Assembly (NCBI RefSeq): GCF_030028105.1
Contig: NC_092379.1
Location: forward strand, 25,847,821 to 25,911,820
Origin: Mobula birostris
Lineage: Eukaryota
DNA length: 64,000 nt
Direction of reading: 5' to 3'
The notes under the pieces are model-generated. The model had not been told where the DNA came from. It made no database searches and worked only from the letters and a program-made list of their open reading frames with translations. How positions within the stretch are numbered: the first letter of the stretch is position 1; every line of letters starts with the position of its first letter. This document shows, in pieces, positions 62,655-64,000 of this stretch. Position numbers and translations under genes: made by a program.

Positions 62655-64000
62655 ATCTGCAGATGCTGTGATCAATGCAACACTTTCAGTACGCTGGATG
62701 AACTCAGCAGGCCGGGCAGCATCAGTTAGAAACGATGAGTGGACGTTTCGGGCCGGAACGCCTCGTCAGGACTGAAGAATGAAAGACTGGGAAAGATTTG
62801 AAGAATGCTTGTAGCTTCAGTTGAAAGACCAGTAATTTGAAAGACAAAGGGGCGGGTAAACATTGACGTCATAGTCCTGAAAACAATGGGCAGTGGAAGA
62901 AGGAGGCGGAACCATGTGGGAGCTGGGGGAGGGGTAGAGAGAAATAGGGATAGAGGAAGTGAGGGGGAGGGAATTACCGGGAGTTAGAGAATTCTATGTT
63001 CACATCAAGTGGCTGGAAGCTACCTAGACGGTATTTGAGGTGTTGCTCCTCCCACCTGAGTTTAGCCTCATCATGGCAGTAGAGGAGGGCATGTATGAAC
63101 AGACCTGAATGGGAATGGGAAGCAGAGTTGAAGTGGCTGGCTACTGGTAGATCCTATCTGTTGTGGCAGGCGGACTGGAGGTGCTCGACGAAGCGGTCCC
63201 GCAATCCGCGTCGGATTTCACCGATGTACAGGAGCCCACACCCGGAATACCCCATGCAATGGATGACCCCAACAGACCCCGCCACATGCAGAAATACTCA
63301 ACTATACCTCTTCCCACCCCATCACATGCAAAAATAACATTCCCTATCCCCAGTTCCTCCGTCTCTGCGGCATCTGCTCCGAGGATGAGGATTTTCCGTT
63401 CCAAGACATCTCAGATGTCCTCTTTCTCTAAGGATCGTAGTTTCCCTTCTACCCTCATCAATGATGCCCTCACCCGCATCTCCTCCATTTCCCGCACTTC
63501 GGCCCTCACCCCATCGTCCCGCAACCACAACAGGGACAGGGTTCCCCTTGTCCTTACCTACAACAACACCAGCCTCCAGATCCAGCACATTACCCTCCGC
63601 AACTTCAGCCACCTTCAACAGGACCCCGCCACTTTCCCCCTCCACCCCTCTCCACTTTCCGCAGGAATCGTTCCCTCCGCGACTCCCTTATCCGCACGTC
63701 CATCCCCACTGATCTCCCACCCGGCACTTATCTCTGTAAACGTAAGTGCTACACCTGTCCCGACACCTCATCTCTTGCAATCATTCAGGGCCCCAAACAG
63801 TCATCCCAGATGAGACAACACTTCACTTGTGAGTCTTTTGGGGTCATCTATTGCATCTGGTGCTCTCGGTACGGCCTCCTTTACATCGGTGAAACCTGAT
63901 GCAGATTGGGGGATCGCTTCGTCGAGCTCCTCCTTTCAGTCCGCCACAACAGACAGGATCTCCCGGTAGCCAACCACTTTACCACTATTTCGAATTCCCA
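62655..64000. mobile_element. Penelope-like element in head-to-head inverted arrangement (antisense 62655-63290, sense 63330-64000)
   Basis: Sense: QFLRLCGICS, RDRVPLVLTY, GVIYCIWCS...YIGET (GIY-YIG). Antisense: GIY-YIG end plus a tail with hammerhead CTGACGA...GAAACGTC at 62738-62773. Confidence 0.88.

Overview
Vertebrate genomic DNA from a cartilaginous fish. NAR-type V genes exist only in this group, and the repeat families suggest a ray or shark. The window is most consistent with part of the T-cell receptor alpha/delta variable-gene array. The key feature is a complete, apparently intact germline NAR-TCR cassette on the + strand (1906-4928): leader exon, IgNAR-like V exon with 23-RSS, one D flanked by 12/12 RSSs, a 23-RSS J, and a leaderless supporting TCR-delta V with its own 23-RSS. 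This is the doubly rearranging two-V-domain TCR-delta system known from sharks. About 28 kb downstream is one conventional TCR V-alpha/delta gene inactivated by a single TGA at the conserved Trp. No TCR-delta D, J or C segments are visible. The rest is nested, decayed mobile DNA: CR1, L1-like and Rex1 LINEs, Penelope-like elements with hammerhead ribozyme motifs, Gypsy (chromovirus-like and Gmr1-like) LTR elements, hAT relics and a probable class I endogenous retrovirus relic with a tRNA-Pro primer site. There is also a 500-N assembly gap. Immune-gene coordinates were read base by base. Most repeat boundaries are approximate, and family assignments come from motif recognition, not database searches.
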